The notes under the pieces: generated by a model
Database searches by the model: none
What the model was told of the DNA's origin: nothing
What the model saw: only the letters and a program-made list of their open reading frames with translations
IMG/VR virus record: IMGVR_UViG_3300046794_000311
Span: 1-64,000 of that record
Origin: a virus
Reading direction: 5' to 3' (one strand)
Length of the DNA: 64,000 bases
Shown here: positions 38,140 to 46,291 of the stretch, piece by piece
How the letters are laid out: each line of letters begins with the position of its first letter
Position numbering within the stretch: the stretch's first letter is position 1
Position numbers and translations under genes: made by a program

Positions 38140-38424
38140 ATGATCTGGTACTGCGACGAATGCAACGACTGGGGCACGTCCGACACCGAGGTGGACGCGG
38201 CCGTCGACAAGCAGAACCACCTGGACGCCCACCGGGGCCGCTACGTTCCCGAACCGGCCGCCGAGGATGAGCCGGACGAGGTCACTGTCTGGACGACGAA
38301 GCACGTGGCGTGGGGTATCACGGTTGTGCTCGGGCTACTGTCCGCACGCTTCCCGGCCCTGCTGGGGGTATCAGCGGTTTCTGCGCTGCTCACGTTCGTG
38401 GTGACAGGCATCTCAGACGACTGA
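38140..38424 (+). CDS. Small Zn-finger/membrane protein
   Basis: CDEC...H...H followed by two hydrophobic helices. Confidence 0.55.
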   Translation: MIWYCDECNDWGTSDTEVDAAVDKQNHLDAHRGRYVPEPAAEDEPDEVTVWTTKHVAWGITVVLGLLSARFPALLGVSAVSALLTFVVTGISDD

Positions 38425-38475
38425 GCCCCGGGTAACCACGTGGGTTCCGGGGCTGTTCAGTCGTGCAGGGAGGTG

Positions 38476-38796
38476 TTACGCGATCCGACGGACGGACACT
38501 CGGAGGGTCGCATTCGCGGAACCGCCGGTGACCTTGACGCGGAAGTACCGCGCAGCCGGGTTGAACACCGAGTTGTTCGACAGTGAGGACATCGGGGAGA
38601 GCGGAAGATCAGCGAACCCAAGCGGGTTCACGCCGTCGACCGACTCCTCGATGCCGACAGACCCACTGCCGTAGAGGGCGAAAGCAATGCGGGCCGACAG
38701 GATGCTGCTGCTGTCCACCCACTCCCCGGTGTAGGTGCCCGCACCGTCGAGCGTGGTGTCAGCCTCTACCGGGAGGTCAGGTCGCTTGAAGGACAT
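38476..38796 (-). CDS. Hypothetical beta-rich protein
   Basis: AAGG RBS and ARYFRVKVT jelly-roll-like motif. Confidence 0.6.
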   Translation of the reverse strand: MSFKRPDLPVEADTTLDGAGTYTGEWVDSSSILSARIAFALYGSGSVGIEESVDGVNPLGFADLPLSPMSSLSNNSVFNPAARYFRVKVTGGSANATLRVSVRRIA

Positions 38797-38901
38797 GTAG
38801 TGCCTTTCTTACGGAAACGAGAACCCGGCGTTTTGAGATGGGGCCGGGTAACCATCAGCGAGCTATTTGTTCATAGGAGCATGGTCGCTATCCGCTCCTA
38901 G

Positions 38902-38974
38902 CTCCCCCACCTGGACTCGAACCAGGAACTCGCGGATTAACAGTCCGCTGCTCTGCCAATTGAGCTATGGAGGA
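38902..38974 (-). tRNA. tRNA-Asn(GTT), no encoded CCA
   Basis: TCCTCCATAGCTCAATTGGCAGAGCAGCGGACTGTTAATCCGCGAGTTCCTGGTTCGAGTCCAGGTGGGGGAG folds as a cloverleaf. Confidence 0.95.
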
Positions 38975-38979
38975 TTGTG

Positions 38980-39059
38980 TAGCCAAGGTGGGACTCGAAC
39001 CCACACGCCTTTCGGCGCCGCTTTTGAGGCGGCTGACTGTGCCATTCGTCTACTCGGCC
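38980..39059 (-). tRNA. tRNA-Leu(CAA), long variable arm
   Basis: Anticodon arm GCCGC-CTCAAAA-GCGGC, variable arm GCC-GAAA-GGC, T arm GTGGG-TTCGAGT-CCCAC. Confidence 0.9.
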
Positions 39060-39147
39060 GAACGTGCTCCGCACTGTTGTATCCGGTTTAGCACGGGCAC
39101 TCCAGTCCAGGGTTCTTACCGGTCCCGGACTTTCCTACTGGTGAATC

Positions 39148-39771
39148 CTACTTCACCGTGTAGCGCCCGTAGTAAACGGACCGCGTCCACGGCTTGTAGT
39201 AGTTCACGCCCTTACCGGGACGCTCCGACTCCAGCCACGTCGTGGAATTGACGTAGATAGCCACGTGGTAAACGCTGCCGTGGGAGTCGTGAACGAAGAC
39301 CAGGTCGCCCTTCTGGGGCTTCGAGACCTTCGCGCTGGAGCGGTACTGCGCGTCCGCGACGCGGGGGATGCTCTTCCCCAGCTTCTTGAACGTGTAGTAG
39401 GTCAGGCCGGAGCAGTCGAAGCCCGCCGACGGCGAGGTGCCGCCCCAGACGTACCGCGTACCGATGTACTTGGCGGCCTGGTTGACGATCTTCGTGCCCG
39501 ACGAGGTCGAGCTGCTGGTCGTAGGAGGCTTCGGGGTGGACGTGGAGGCGGTCAGGTAGATCTTCTCGCCGACGTAGATCCTGTTCGGGTTGGATATGTG
39601 GTTGATGGACGCGAGGTGCTGATACGTCGTCTTGTGGGCTGATGCGATCCCGCTCAGGGTTTGTCCGCTCTTCACGGTCACGTAACTGGCCGACGCGTCC
39701 GCGACCGAAGCCGCGATCGGGGTTATGGCCAGTGCGCCCGCAAGAGCGAGTCCAGCGATCCTCTTATTCAT
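39148..39771 (-). CDS. Secreted LysM + NlpC/P60 peptidoglycan endopeptidase
   Basis: Signal peptide ([18 protein letters not shown]), LysM ([11 protein letters not shown]...[11 protein letters not shown]), NlpC/P60 (YVWGG..FDCSGL..HVAIY). Confidence 0.92.
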   Translation of the reverse strand: MNKRIAGLALAGALAITPIAASVADASASYVTVKSGQTLSGIASAHKTTYQHLASINHISNPNRIYVGEKIYLTASTSTPKPPTTSSSTSSGTKIVNQAAKYIGTRYVWGGTSPSAGFDCSGLTYYTFKKLGKSIPRVADAQYRSSAKVSKPQKGDLVFVHDSHGSVYHVAIYVNSTTWLESERPGKGVNYYKPWTRSVYYGRYTVK

Positions 39772-39783
39772 GATGCACTCCGC

Positions 39784-39929
39784 ACGCCTGCGAAATTAGG
39801 TGACGGGCTCGGGATAAGTGCTGTTCCCTACCACAAATGGTTCTGCGGATTCGCCCCAGTACTGCGTTTCGGTCTCCCGCCCCTGTTCAGGGTTGATTGC
39901 AGTTTTTGTCCAGGAACAGGGCTCGGCGT
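39784..39929 (-). ncRNA. c-di-AMP (ydaO/yuaA) riboswitch, actinobacterial type
   Basis: Ordered consensus blocks CGCCGAGCCCTG...GGGAGACC...GGGGCGAATC...GTAGGG...CCCGAGCCCGTCACCTAA...AGGCG, immediately 5' of a cell-wall hydrolase. Confidence 0.85.
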
Positions 39930-39939
39930 CTGGACAAAG

Positions 39940-40012
39940 TGGCCCCCCTTGGAATCGCACCAAGATCTCCCGCTTTTCAGGCGGGCGCATTAACTGCCTC
40001 TGCCAAAGGGCC
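39940..40012 (-). tRNA. tRNA-Phe(GAA) with atypical T-loop
   Basis: Anticodon arm CCCGC-CTGAAAA-GCGGG. T-loop reads TGCGATT rather than TTCGATT. Confidence 0.75.
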
Positions 40013-40017
40013 TTGAG

Positions 40018-40091
40018 TCTGGACGGCAGGATTCGAACCTGCGACCCCCTGAATCCAAATCAGGCGCGCTACCGGGCTGCGCTACGTCCAG
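40018..40091 (-). tRNA. tRNA-Pro(TGG)
   Basis: CTGGACGTAGCGCAGCCCGGTAGCGCGCCTGATTTGGATTCAGGGGGTCGCAGGTTCGAATCCTGCCGTCCAGA folds as a cloverleaf. Confidence 0.95.
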
Positions 40092-40105
40092 AAGTTGATG
40101 GCTTC

Positions 40106-40136
40106 ACATTACGGTATCAGGGATAGGGCTTGTCAA
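40106..40136 (-). promoter_or_regulatory. Probable promoter of the tRNA/riboswitch operon
   Basis: TTGACA-19-TAATGT (spacing is long), with ATTACGG half-site overlapping the -10. Confidence 0.45.
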
Positions 40137-40499
40137 CCCCATTGAGCAACTAGCTTGCGTTGGGAGAGAGTGTTCCCCGCCGGGTCTTACGCCTCGCTTG
40201 GGGTAGCGGGCCAAGGGGCTGCCCTAGCGGGCGGGGAACAGGAAGCGGCCGAGGCAGAACGCCTGCAAGGCCGGGATGAGCGCGGGCATGCTGCCGGAGG
40301 GGAGGTGGTTCCCCTGGCCCGGCCGTCGCTCGCTCATCGTGTTCATGCATCCTTTTTACAGGATCACGGTTACGGCTTTGTAATCCGAGGCCACTGCCCC
40401 GACGCCTCGCGCGAGGCGGGGGGTAGGGCACTGTCCTGGACAGCGAAAAGGGCCGGGGGACGCCGTTGTCCCTCCGACCCTTGCTGTGTCAGATGAAAG

Positions 40500-40883
40500 C
40501 TACTTGTGCGCGGCCTCGAACTCCTGGATGTACGACTTGGGGATCCGCCCCGTGGAGGAGATCTCCCGGCCCTGCTCCTTCAGCCACTGGCGCACGTCGG
40601 CAGCGGTGAAGGTCTGACCACCCTTGCCCCGGATGGCCTTGAGCACCTGCGTACCCACGCGCTTCTCGGTGTTGTGCGCGATCGAGGTGAACGGGTTCAG
40701 GGACTCCACGAGAAGCTGCTGATGCTCATCGCATAGGTCCATGAAATACCTCGTTGTCCCGTACGTGATGGCCGTGGCCTCGTTGTCCGGCACGTCCTGG
40801 CCACAGGTCTCCATCTTGCGACCGCGCTTCACCTTGAAGTCGCAGAACTTGTCGACGCTGACTCGCTCACCCATGTGATCCAC
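40500..40883 (-). CDS. lsr2: Lsr2-like nucleoid-associated protein
   Basis: YFMDL dimerisation strand and C-terminal DVRQWLKEQG.EISSTGRIP..IQEFEAAH DNA-binding domain. Confidence 0.85.
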   Translation of the reverse strand: MDHMGERVSVDKFCDFKVKRGRKMETCGQDVPDNEATAITYGTTRYFMDLCDEHQQLLVESLNPFTSIAHNTEKRVGTQVLKAIRGKGGQTFTAADVRQWLKEQGREISSTGRIPKSYIQEFEAAHK

Positions 40884-40999
40884 TCCTTAAACGGCCTCGC
40901 CGTCGGCGCAGCGATCGGCACGATGACTATGTTGGTCATCGACCAGGCTGTTGTCAAGCGACTGCCGTCACACGCTCGACAAGGCCGTTCCAGGAACAC

Positions 41000-41863
41000 C
41001 TATTTAAGAAGGGTTTCAACCGGCGCCAGGACGTTGTGAACGACCTCCTGAACAGCGCCCCTGCCCTCATCGGGTACGGAAGGGGCCGTGCGCAGCGGGG
41101 TGGTCTTCGCCACTGTCCCGGACGGAGTAGGCGAGGCTGGCGCCGTGTTCTTGGGCTTCGACGTGTCCTTCTTGGGCTTCCCCGAAGGGTTCGAAAGGTG
41201 GTTTCCGATCACCTTCCGGTGCTTGCCGACGTAGGAGCCGGGCTTCTCTACCGTCGGCGAGGTGGTCACCTTCGCGTGCCTGACCGCGTCCTGATACGCG
41301 GATCTTGTCGGCCGAAAGGTGTTGTGGGTGGGGGTGGGGGTTGCCGTCGGCACGGGCAGGTCGTCGCTGGCTATGTCCGGCTGGTCCATCGTGGGCTTGT
41401 GGCGGTGGTCCCACTGGTCCAAGGCAGCTTCAGTGGTCATACCAACGACAAAGGGGGCTAGGGACGCGACCAGCGTGAGCATGGTGCGCCGGTACAGGGG
41501 CTTGGGCCTACGGGGCCTCTTCGCCCGGCGCGAACGCGGCTTCGGGGCGGGGTCAGGCTGCTTCACCAGCGCGGGATCATCCTCGCGCAACCAGTAGACG
41601 AACTCCTGCTGCTCCGGATCCCATCCGAAGTTCAGCACGCCCTCATCGACCAGGGCCATCAGTTCGGTGTCGACCTCGTCGGGCTCCTGGAGGCCGTAGA
41701 AGTCGGGGATGGCGTGCTCATGCGGCACGTCTTCCTTGTGACGTACGTGCGGCTCGCTCGCCGCTTCTGGGGGCATGGGAGGCTCCCCCGCAAATCTGTG
41801 ACGCAGCTCTCGGACGTCCTGCTCCCCGGTGTCGTCACGTCCGTCGCGCCTGATTGTGTTCAT
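41000..41863 (-). CDS. Pro/Thr-rich single-TM hypothetical protein
   Basis: Hydrophobic TMLTLVASLAPFVVGM segment and YVGKHRK motif. Start is uncertain. Confidence 0.55.
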   Translation of the reverse strand: MNTIRRDGRDDTGEQDVRELRHRFAGEPPMPPEAASEPHVRHKEDVPHEHAIPDFYGLQEPDEVDTELMALVDEGVLNFGWDPEQQEFVYWLREDDPALVKQPDPAPKPRSRRAKRPRRPKPLYRRTMLTLVASLAPFVVGMTTEAALDQWDHRHKPTMDQPDIASDDLPVPTATPTPTHNTFRPTRSAYQDAVRHAKVTTSPTVEKPGSYVGKHRKVIGNHLSNPSGKPKKDTSKPKNTAPASPTPSGTVAKTTPLRTAPSVPDEGRGAVQEVVHNVLAPVETLLK

Positions 41864-42280
41864 GTCCCTTGTAAACCCCTCCAGCAACGCGCCCCCCGCG
41901 ATGGCTGTGGGGCGCGTGAAGACACATGGCCCTGGCCAAATCCCAACCCTGGGCGCTGAGTTTCGTGCTTCGCGGTAGGCAAAGACCTCGGGGATCAGCA
42001 TGTGGAGAAACGGTGGATGGCCAGTGCATGGAACCTAACATCCAGTGATCGGAGAGCACACCCCCCGGGCAAGTTACGCAACTCAGTTTCTTTACCCTCC
42101 CATGACCGTACGGGCAGGTTGCGTTTACTTAAACCCTCAACAGATGCCGGACCACTGCGCAGCAATCCGCGCAAAGTAGACACCTAAACAATCTGTTGCT
42201 GTGAGGCACGTCACACAGTCAATTCTGGGCATTCGGCCAGGTTGTAGATCATTATCGTCAAGCATCGGCCGGACACAACT

Positions 42281-42313
42281 TGACCCCATCACGGATTTAC
42301 CGTAATGGGGTCA
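42281..42313. terminator. Hairpin downstream of the Pnk gene
   Basis: TGACCCCATCACGG-ATTTA-CCGTAATGGGGTCA. Confidence 0.55.
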
Positions 42314-42352
42314 GGCGCCAGGCTATGTCAAGTCATTTGCCTCAGAGGCAAC

Positions 42353-43276
42353 TCAGAAGTTTCCGGGCGCCACCTGAAGGACTCGCAAGCCGAGATTGCG
42401 CCACATGTCGACCACCTGGTTGCGGTCGTCGAGGACCAGCCAGACGTTGTACCGGCCCAGGATCTCCTGCCGGTAGATCTCCTCCTTCACGATCGAGTCC
42501 TTGCGCATGTCGTACTCGGATCGCATCAGCAGCGGCGACAGGGAGGTCCAGTCCCCCACGTGCTGCACCAGCCAGGCCCGGGTCTTCTTGTAGGCCCTCG
42601 CGTCGCGGCCGGAGACGAAGATGATCTCGGCGCCAGCGTCCCGCAGCGTGTTCACCAGGTCGACGACGTCCTGGTGTGCCTCGTCCTCGTCCACGCGGTC
42701 CCAGTCGAAGGGACTGCGGTCGGCCATCTTGGCCAGCGTTCCGTCCAGGTCCACCAGAACGGCGTGAGGGCGGCCCTGGATGTACTCCGGCGGGTCGGCG
42801 GGCTTCGGGGCCAGGTACTTCTCGTACATGTCCCTGATGACCTTCTCGCCGACGCTCTTCTCCCGCTTCAGGTCGCGGCGGACGCAGGTATTAAGCGGGA
42901 CGTCGGTGAAGTCCTTGACGAAGAACCGGGCACCTTCCTCCTCCGCGATCTTCGCCAGCCGCTCCTCGTGGAACGGGTTGAGGTTGGTGTCGGCGACGAT
43001 CACGGAGACGCCCTGGAGCAGGAACGTCTTCACCAGCGCGTCGCGGGCCTTGACGACCTGGCGCTCGTGCTTGCCGTGGAAGCGGTCGGCGTGCAGCATC
43101 GCCCGCAGGTCGTCCTTGCACACGACGACGGCGCCGCCCGGGACAGCCTTGAGCACCTGCTCCCGGGCCCACGTCGTCTTGCCCGAGCCCGGCAGGCCCT
43201 TGGTCATGGTCAGCGTCGTCACGGGCTTCTCCTTGGTCTTCTTCGGTCCGCAGCACTGGCACTTCAGCAGGCTCAT
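42353..43276 (-). CDS. Polynucleotide 5'-kinase/3'-phosphatase (T4 PseT-like)
   Basis: GLPGSGKTT P-loop, ADTNL, HAD motifs DLDGTLA, SGR and LDDR. Confidence 0.95.
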   Translation of the reverse strand: MSLLKCQCCGPKKTKEKPVTTLTMTKGLPGSGKTTWAREQVLKAVPGGAVVVCKDDLRAMLHADRFHGKHERQVVKARDALVKTFLLQGVSVIVADTNLNPFHEERLAKIAEEEGARFFVKDFTDVPLNTCVRRDLKREKSVGEKVIRDMYEKYLAPKPADPPEYIQGRPHAVLVDLDGTLAKMADRSPFDWDRVDEDEAHQDVVDLVNTLRDAGAEIIFVSGRDARAYKKTRAWLVQHVGDWTSLSPLLMRSEYDMRKDSIVKEEIYRQEILGRYNVWLVLDDRNQVVDMWRNLGLRVLQVAPGNF

Positions 43277-43572
43277 CGACAGCACCCGTCGCAGCCGTGC
43301 AGGCCCTCGTAGGGGTGGTAGTCCACGCCCTGCATCAGCCGCTTGTAGTCGAGGTCGTCCGGGTCGGGGTGACCGACACCGTGGGGGCACATCCGCTCCA
43401 TCAGCGCGCGGTCCATACGGAAGTGCTGGGGCCAGTCGGCCATGTGGTGATCGGAGGGGTTGTGTACGCAGCAGTGGCGGCCGATGCAGTCCTTGCGGGG
43501 GTGGGCGAGGAGTCGTTCCCCGCCCACCAGTTCCGCCGCCTCGAACCAGCCGCCGAGGTCGTCGGGCTCCAT
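43273..43572 (-). CDS. Cys/His-rich metal-binding hypothetical protein
   Basis: HPRKDCIGRHCCVHNPSDHHM...CPHGVGHPDPD...HGCDGCC. Translationally coupled to the ligase and Pnk genes. Confidence 0.7.
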   Translation of the reverse strand: MEPDDLGGWFEAAELVGGERLLAHPRKDCIGRHCCVHNPSDHHMADWPQHFRMDRALMERMCPHGVGHPDPDDLDYKRLMQGVDYHPYEGLHGCDGCCR

Positions 43573-44675
43573 CAGGCCGCGTCCTCCGAGAGCGTCTGGA
43601 ACGGCTTCTCGTACGTCGGCCGGACCCGCTTCCAGACGTCGGCCGTGATGTCCTTGCCGTCGTAGAGACGGAACAGGACGCCCGGGTACGGAGTCTCCTG
43701 GGCCAGCAGCGCGAACTCCTTGCGCCGCTTCTTCACGTCCACCTCGGGCCGACGCAGACGGCGCGTGATCCAGTCGAAGTCGTCCTGGATGCCGTCGTAG
43801 GCCCGCTTGTAGTCGCCCTCCAGCCGGTGCACCTGCTGATGAACCCACGTGTAGAACTCGTCCGGCACGCGGTCGATCCAGGAGTCGATGCCCTGCCCGT
43901 TGGCCAGCGCGTCCCACACGGAGAGGGTGGAGACGTTCGTCAGGATCCGGTGCAGGCGGATGTACTCGTCGTACTTGAACTTCACCCGGCGGTCGCTCCA
44001 GGGGAAGCGGACGACGAAGCCCTCGTGGTTCTTCTCCTGAATCCGCATCGCTTCGAGGACGTCGACCATCGTCTGGAAGGAGAGCGGGCGGGTCACCGGG
44101 CCCTGCCAGTCGTAGGAAGCGGACGGCAGCGTCTTGCCGGTCGTGGTGTCGATGACCGCGAGCAGGACCAGGTCGTCCCGCCCCTTGTAGTCGACGACGA
44201 TCCGGTTCTCCGGGTAGATGATCTCGAAGAGATAGGTCAGGCCCAGAATCGGCTCGAAGGTCGGGTACCGCTCGTGCAGGACCTTCGTGGCGTGCTGGGC
44301 CTGGGGGCTGGTGAAGGAGCCACGCGACGCTATCGCGTGCTCCCCGGTATTAAGCCCGTACAGGATGCCCAGGGAGCCGTCCCACTTGATGTACCCCTCG
44401 ACCGGCTGCTGGAGCAGCGTCGAGTGCAGGTGCGGGACCTGCTCCCAGTTGAAGAACTTCCTGAACGGCCGGGAGACGACCTCCCCGGTGTGGCTGTTGA
44501 CGATCAGTCCTCGCGTCTGCTCGGTGACGTCGTTCCACAGACCGTCGAACTGGGTCTTGTTCGTGTAGTTGTAGATGGTCAGCGGCTCGGTGGGGTGGTT
44601 CTGCTTGCGGACGTAGCCCTGGTCGAGCATGTCCTGGAGCAGGCTCGCCGACATGATGCTGAGCAGGTTCGTCAA
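43572..44675 (-). CDS. RNA ligase (T4 Rnl1 family)
   Basis: IYNYT, RGLIV..RPFRKFFNW, motif I KWDGSLG, FEIIYPENRIVV, EGFVV and RVKFK motifs. Confidence 0.93.
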   Translation of the reverse strand: MTNLLSIMSASLLQDMLDQGYVRKQNHPTEPLTIYNYTNKTQFDGLWNDVTEQTRGLIVNSHTGEVVSRPFRKFFNWEQVPHLHSTLLQQPVEGYIKWDGSLGILYGLNTGEHAIASRGSFTSPQAQHATKVLHERYPTFEPILGLTYLFEIIYPENRIVVDYKGRDDLVLLAVIDTTTGKTLPSASYDWQGPVTRPLSFQTMVDVLEAMRIQEKNHEGFVVRFPWSDRRVKFKYDEYIRLHRILTNVSTLSVWDALANGQGIDSWIDRVPDEFYTWVHQQVHRLEGDYKRAYDGIQDDFDWITRRLRRPEVDVKKRRKEFALLAQETPYPGVLFRLYDGKDITADVWKRVRPTYEKPFQTLSEDAA

Positions 44676-44698
44676 GGTGTCCTCCGGGGTGTGGTGGG

Positions 44699-44926
44699 TC
44701 AGAGACGCTGGTCGAGGGCCGCGACGACGCGCTTGGCGAAGGTCTCGTAGAACTCCTCGGGCAGGTGGTCGATGGCGAACCACTTCTTGGCCTCAAGGAC
44801 GACGATGTCGACGGCCTCCTGGCGCTTCTCTCCCTGGCGCCGCAGCCAGTCCTGGGCGGCACTCTCGTGGGGGATGGCCAGGTGGCCGAGGTTCATGAGG
44901 GGGCGGTCATCCTGCTTCGCGGTCAT
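44699..44926 (-). CDS. Hypothetical protein
   Basis: ORF within the operon. Confidence 0.55.
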   Translation of the reverse strand: MTAKQDDRPLMNLGHLAIPHESAAQDWLRRQGEKRQEAVDIVVLEAKKWFAIDHLPEEFYETFAKRVVAALDQRL

Positions 44927-44928
44927 GT

Positions 44929-45333
44929 TCAGCCCTTCTTCGCGGCCTTCTTGGCCTTCTTCGCCTTCTTGGCGGCCTTCTTGTCACGCTTGTCGAGGTC
45001 GGTCTCGACGTCGCTCAGCGCCTCGTCGAGCTTCTGGACGAAGAGGAGGACGGCACCCTTGAGGCGGTCCGCCTTCGCGCGAGCGTTCTCCAGGTCCTTG
45101 CGGAGCTGTTCGCGGTCCTGCTCGGTGGTCGTCCCGCCGTAGACACCGAAGTCGAGCGTCACGCTGCGGGTGCAGTCCTGGATCTGGAGGGTGGCCCCGA
45201 AGTCCAGGTAGCTGTCGCTGTCGTCTCCGTCGGTGATCTCCGCGAGCACCGCGCCGAGGCCGTGGTGGCCCTGGTTGTTCAGGAACTCGCGGATGTAGAG
45301 GCGGCGCTGCTCGTCGGTGATGGCGGTGCTCAT
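44929..45333 (-). CDS. Hypothetical protein with Lys/Ala-rich tail
   Basis: GAGGAG RBS and a KKAAKKAKK histone-like tail. Confidence 0.65.
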   Translation of the reverse strand: MSTAITDEQRRLYIREFLNNQGHHGLGAVLAEITDGDDSDSYLDFGATLQIQDCTRSVTLDFGVYGGTTTEQDREQLRKDLENARAKADRLKGAVLLFVQKLDEALSDVETDLDKRDKKAAKKAKKAKKAAKKG

Positions 45334-45384
45334 GCGGTGCTCCTCGGCTCTGCGGCGGTTCTTCGGGTTACCCCGACAGAGAGA

Positions 45385-45422
45385 AACCTATAACGAAGAA
45401 GCCGTAATCTCAAGCCCGTAAT
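45385..45422 (-). promoter_or_regulatory. Promoter of the RNA-repair operon with two operator half-sites
   Basis: TTGAGA-17-TAGGTT. GAAGCCGTAAT at 45398 and AAGCCCGTAAT at 45412. Confidence 0.6.
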
Positions 45423-45637
45423 CGTGAATCTGTTCAAGGGAACCCGTATGGCGTGGGTCACACTTTCGAGTGGTTGCGCGGACATGCAAAAGACCCCCGC
45501 CGTAGCAGGGGCCTTCGCAGGTCAGGTCAGTGTCCGGACGCCACCAGGAGGGCGTGTCCGACGTAGATGGCCGCAGCCGCGTCCAGCGTCAGAGCCGCGA
45601 TCCAGACGGCGTCAGGAACGTCTCGAAGCCACTTCAC

Positions 45638-46291
45638 TCAGATCTTCCTTACGTAGTTGATGAAGTCCTGGAGCCGGTCCGTACGCGGCTGCGCCGGGAG
45701 GATGCCGACCCGGTCGTTGAAGACGTCGAACGCCTTCCAGAACTCCTTCTCGATCTGGTCGGCCGACATGTCGTCGAACGCCCAGTAGAACTCCGGGTCT
45801 GGCACGCGGACGGTGAGCGTGCCGTACTCCAGCAGTTGCTGGCCCTGCCGCAGCAGCCGGAAGCAGTGCCGGGCGTGCTTGGCCACCCGCTTCTGCCTGC
45901 CGTCGTTGGCCAGCTCCTGCTTGATCCGCTTGATCTGCCCCATGGCGTAGCCGCCGTACGCGGAGCGCACATAGGGCTCAGAGAGGAAGTCCTCGCGGAT
46001 GTCGACCAGCCACTCCCCCTCCCAGGACTGCTCCTCGTACTCCTCCAGGTACATCAGGTCCATGATCGTCGGGTTGCACTTCAGCGCGAGGCCCACGTAC
46101 TTGCCGACCTCGTGCAGGGAGACGTCCGGGTCCTTCGTGACCAGCGAGTCCTGATGCCTGGCCCCAATGCGGAAGAACTCCGGAGTCGGACGGATGAAGA
46201 TGCCCAGCCGGTCGATGTCCGAGCCGGGCCGAGCAAGGCCGAAGGCAGTGCTGCCCACGACCCCGCTCAGCAGAATGTTCGGCGTCCCCAT
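45638..46291 (-). CDS. Pol-beta-superfamily nucleotidyltransferase (YcgL/Nuc-transf-like)
   Basis: VVGSTAFGLARPGSDIDRLG (GS...DxD), KCNPT, YGGYA and KHARHCFRLL motifs. Confidence 0.88.
   Translation of the reverse strand: MGTPNILLSGVVGSTAFGLARPGSDIDRLGIFIRPTPEFFRIGARHQDSLVTKDPDVSLHEVGKYVGLALKCNPTIMDLMYLEEYEEQSWEGEWLVDIREDFLSEPYVRSAYGGYAMGQIKRIKQELANDGRQKRVAKHARHCFRLLRQGQQLLEYGTLTVRVPDPEFYWAFDDMSADQIEKEFWKAFDVFNDRVGILPAQPRTDRLQDFINYVRKI

Noticed and set aside
38800-38901. Theta/HDV-like or pistol ribozyme downstream of tRNA-Asn
   Set aside because: I could not build the nested P3/L3/P1.1 of HDV-like ribozymes or the 6-nt pistol loop and core. Kept only as a generic structured-RNA candidate.
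38980-39059. bldA-like tRNA-Leu(UAA)
   Set aside because: The anticodon reads CAA (decoding UUG), not TAA.
39120-39140. RNase P RNA-like AGGAAAGTCCGGG
   Set aside because: Only a short match in an ~88-nt spacer, with no room or partner strand for P4.
40150-40496. Protein-coding ORFs between lsr2 and the tRNA cluster
   Set aside because: Poor codon bias, and the region contains the lsr2 terminator and an operator half-site. Probably regulatory.
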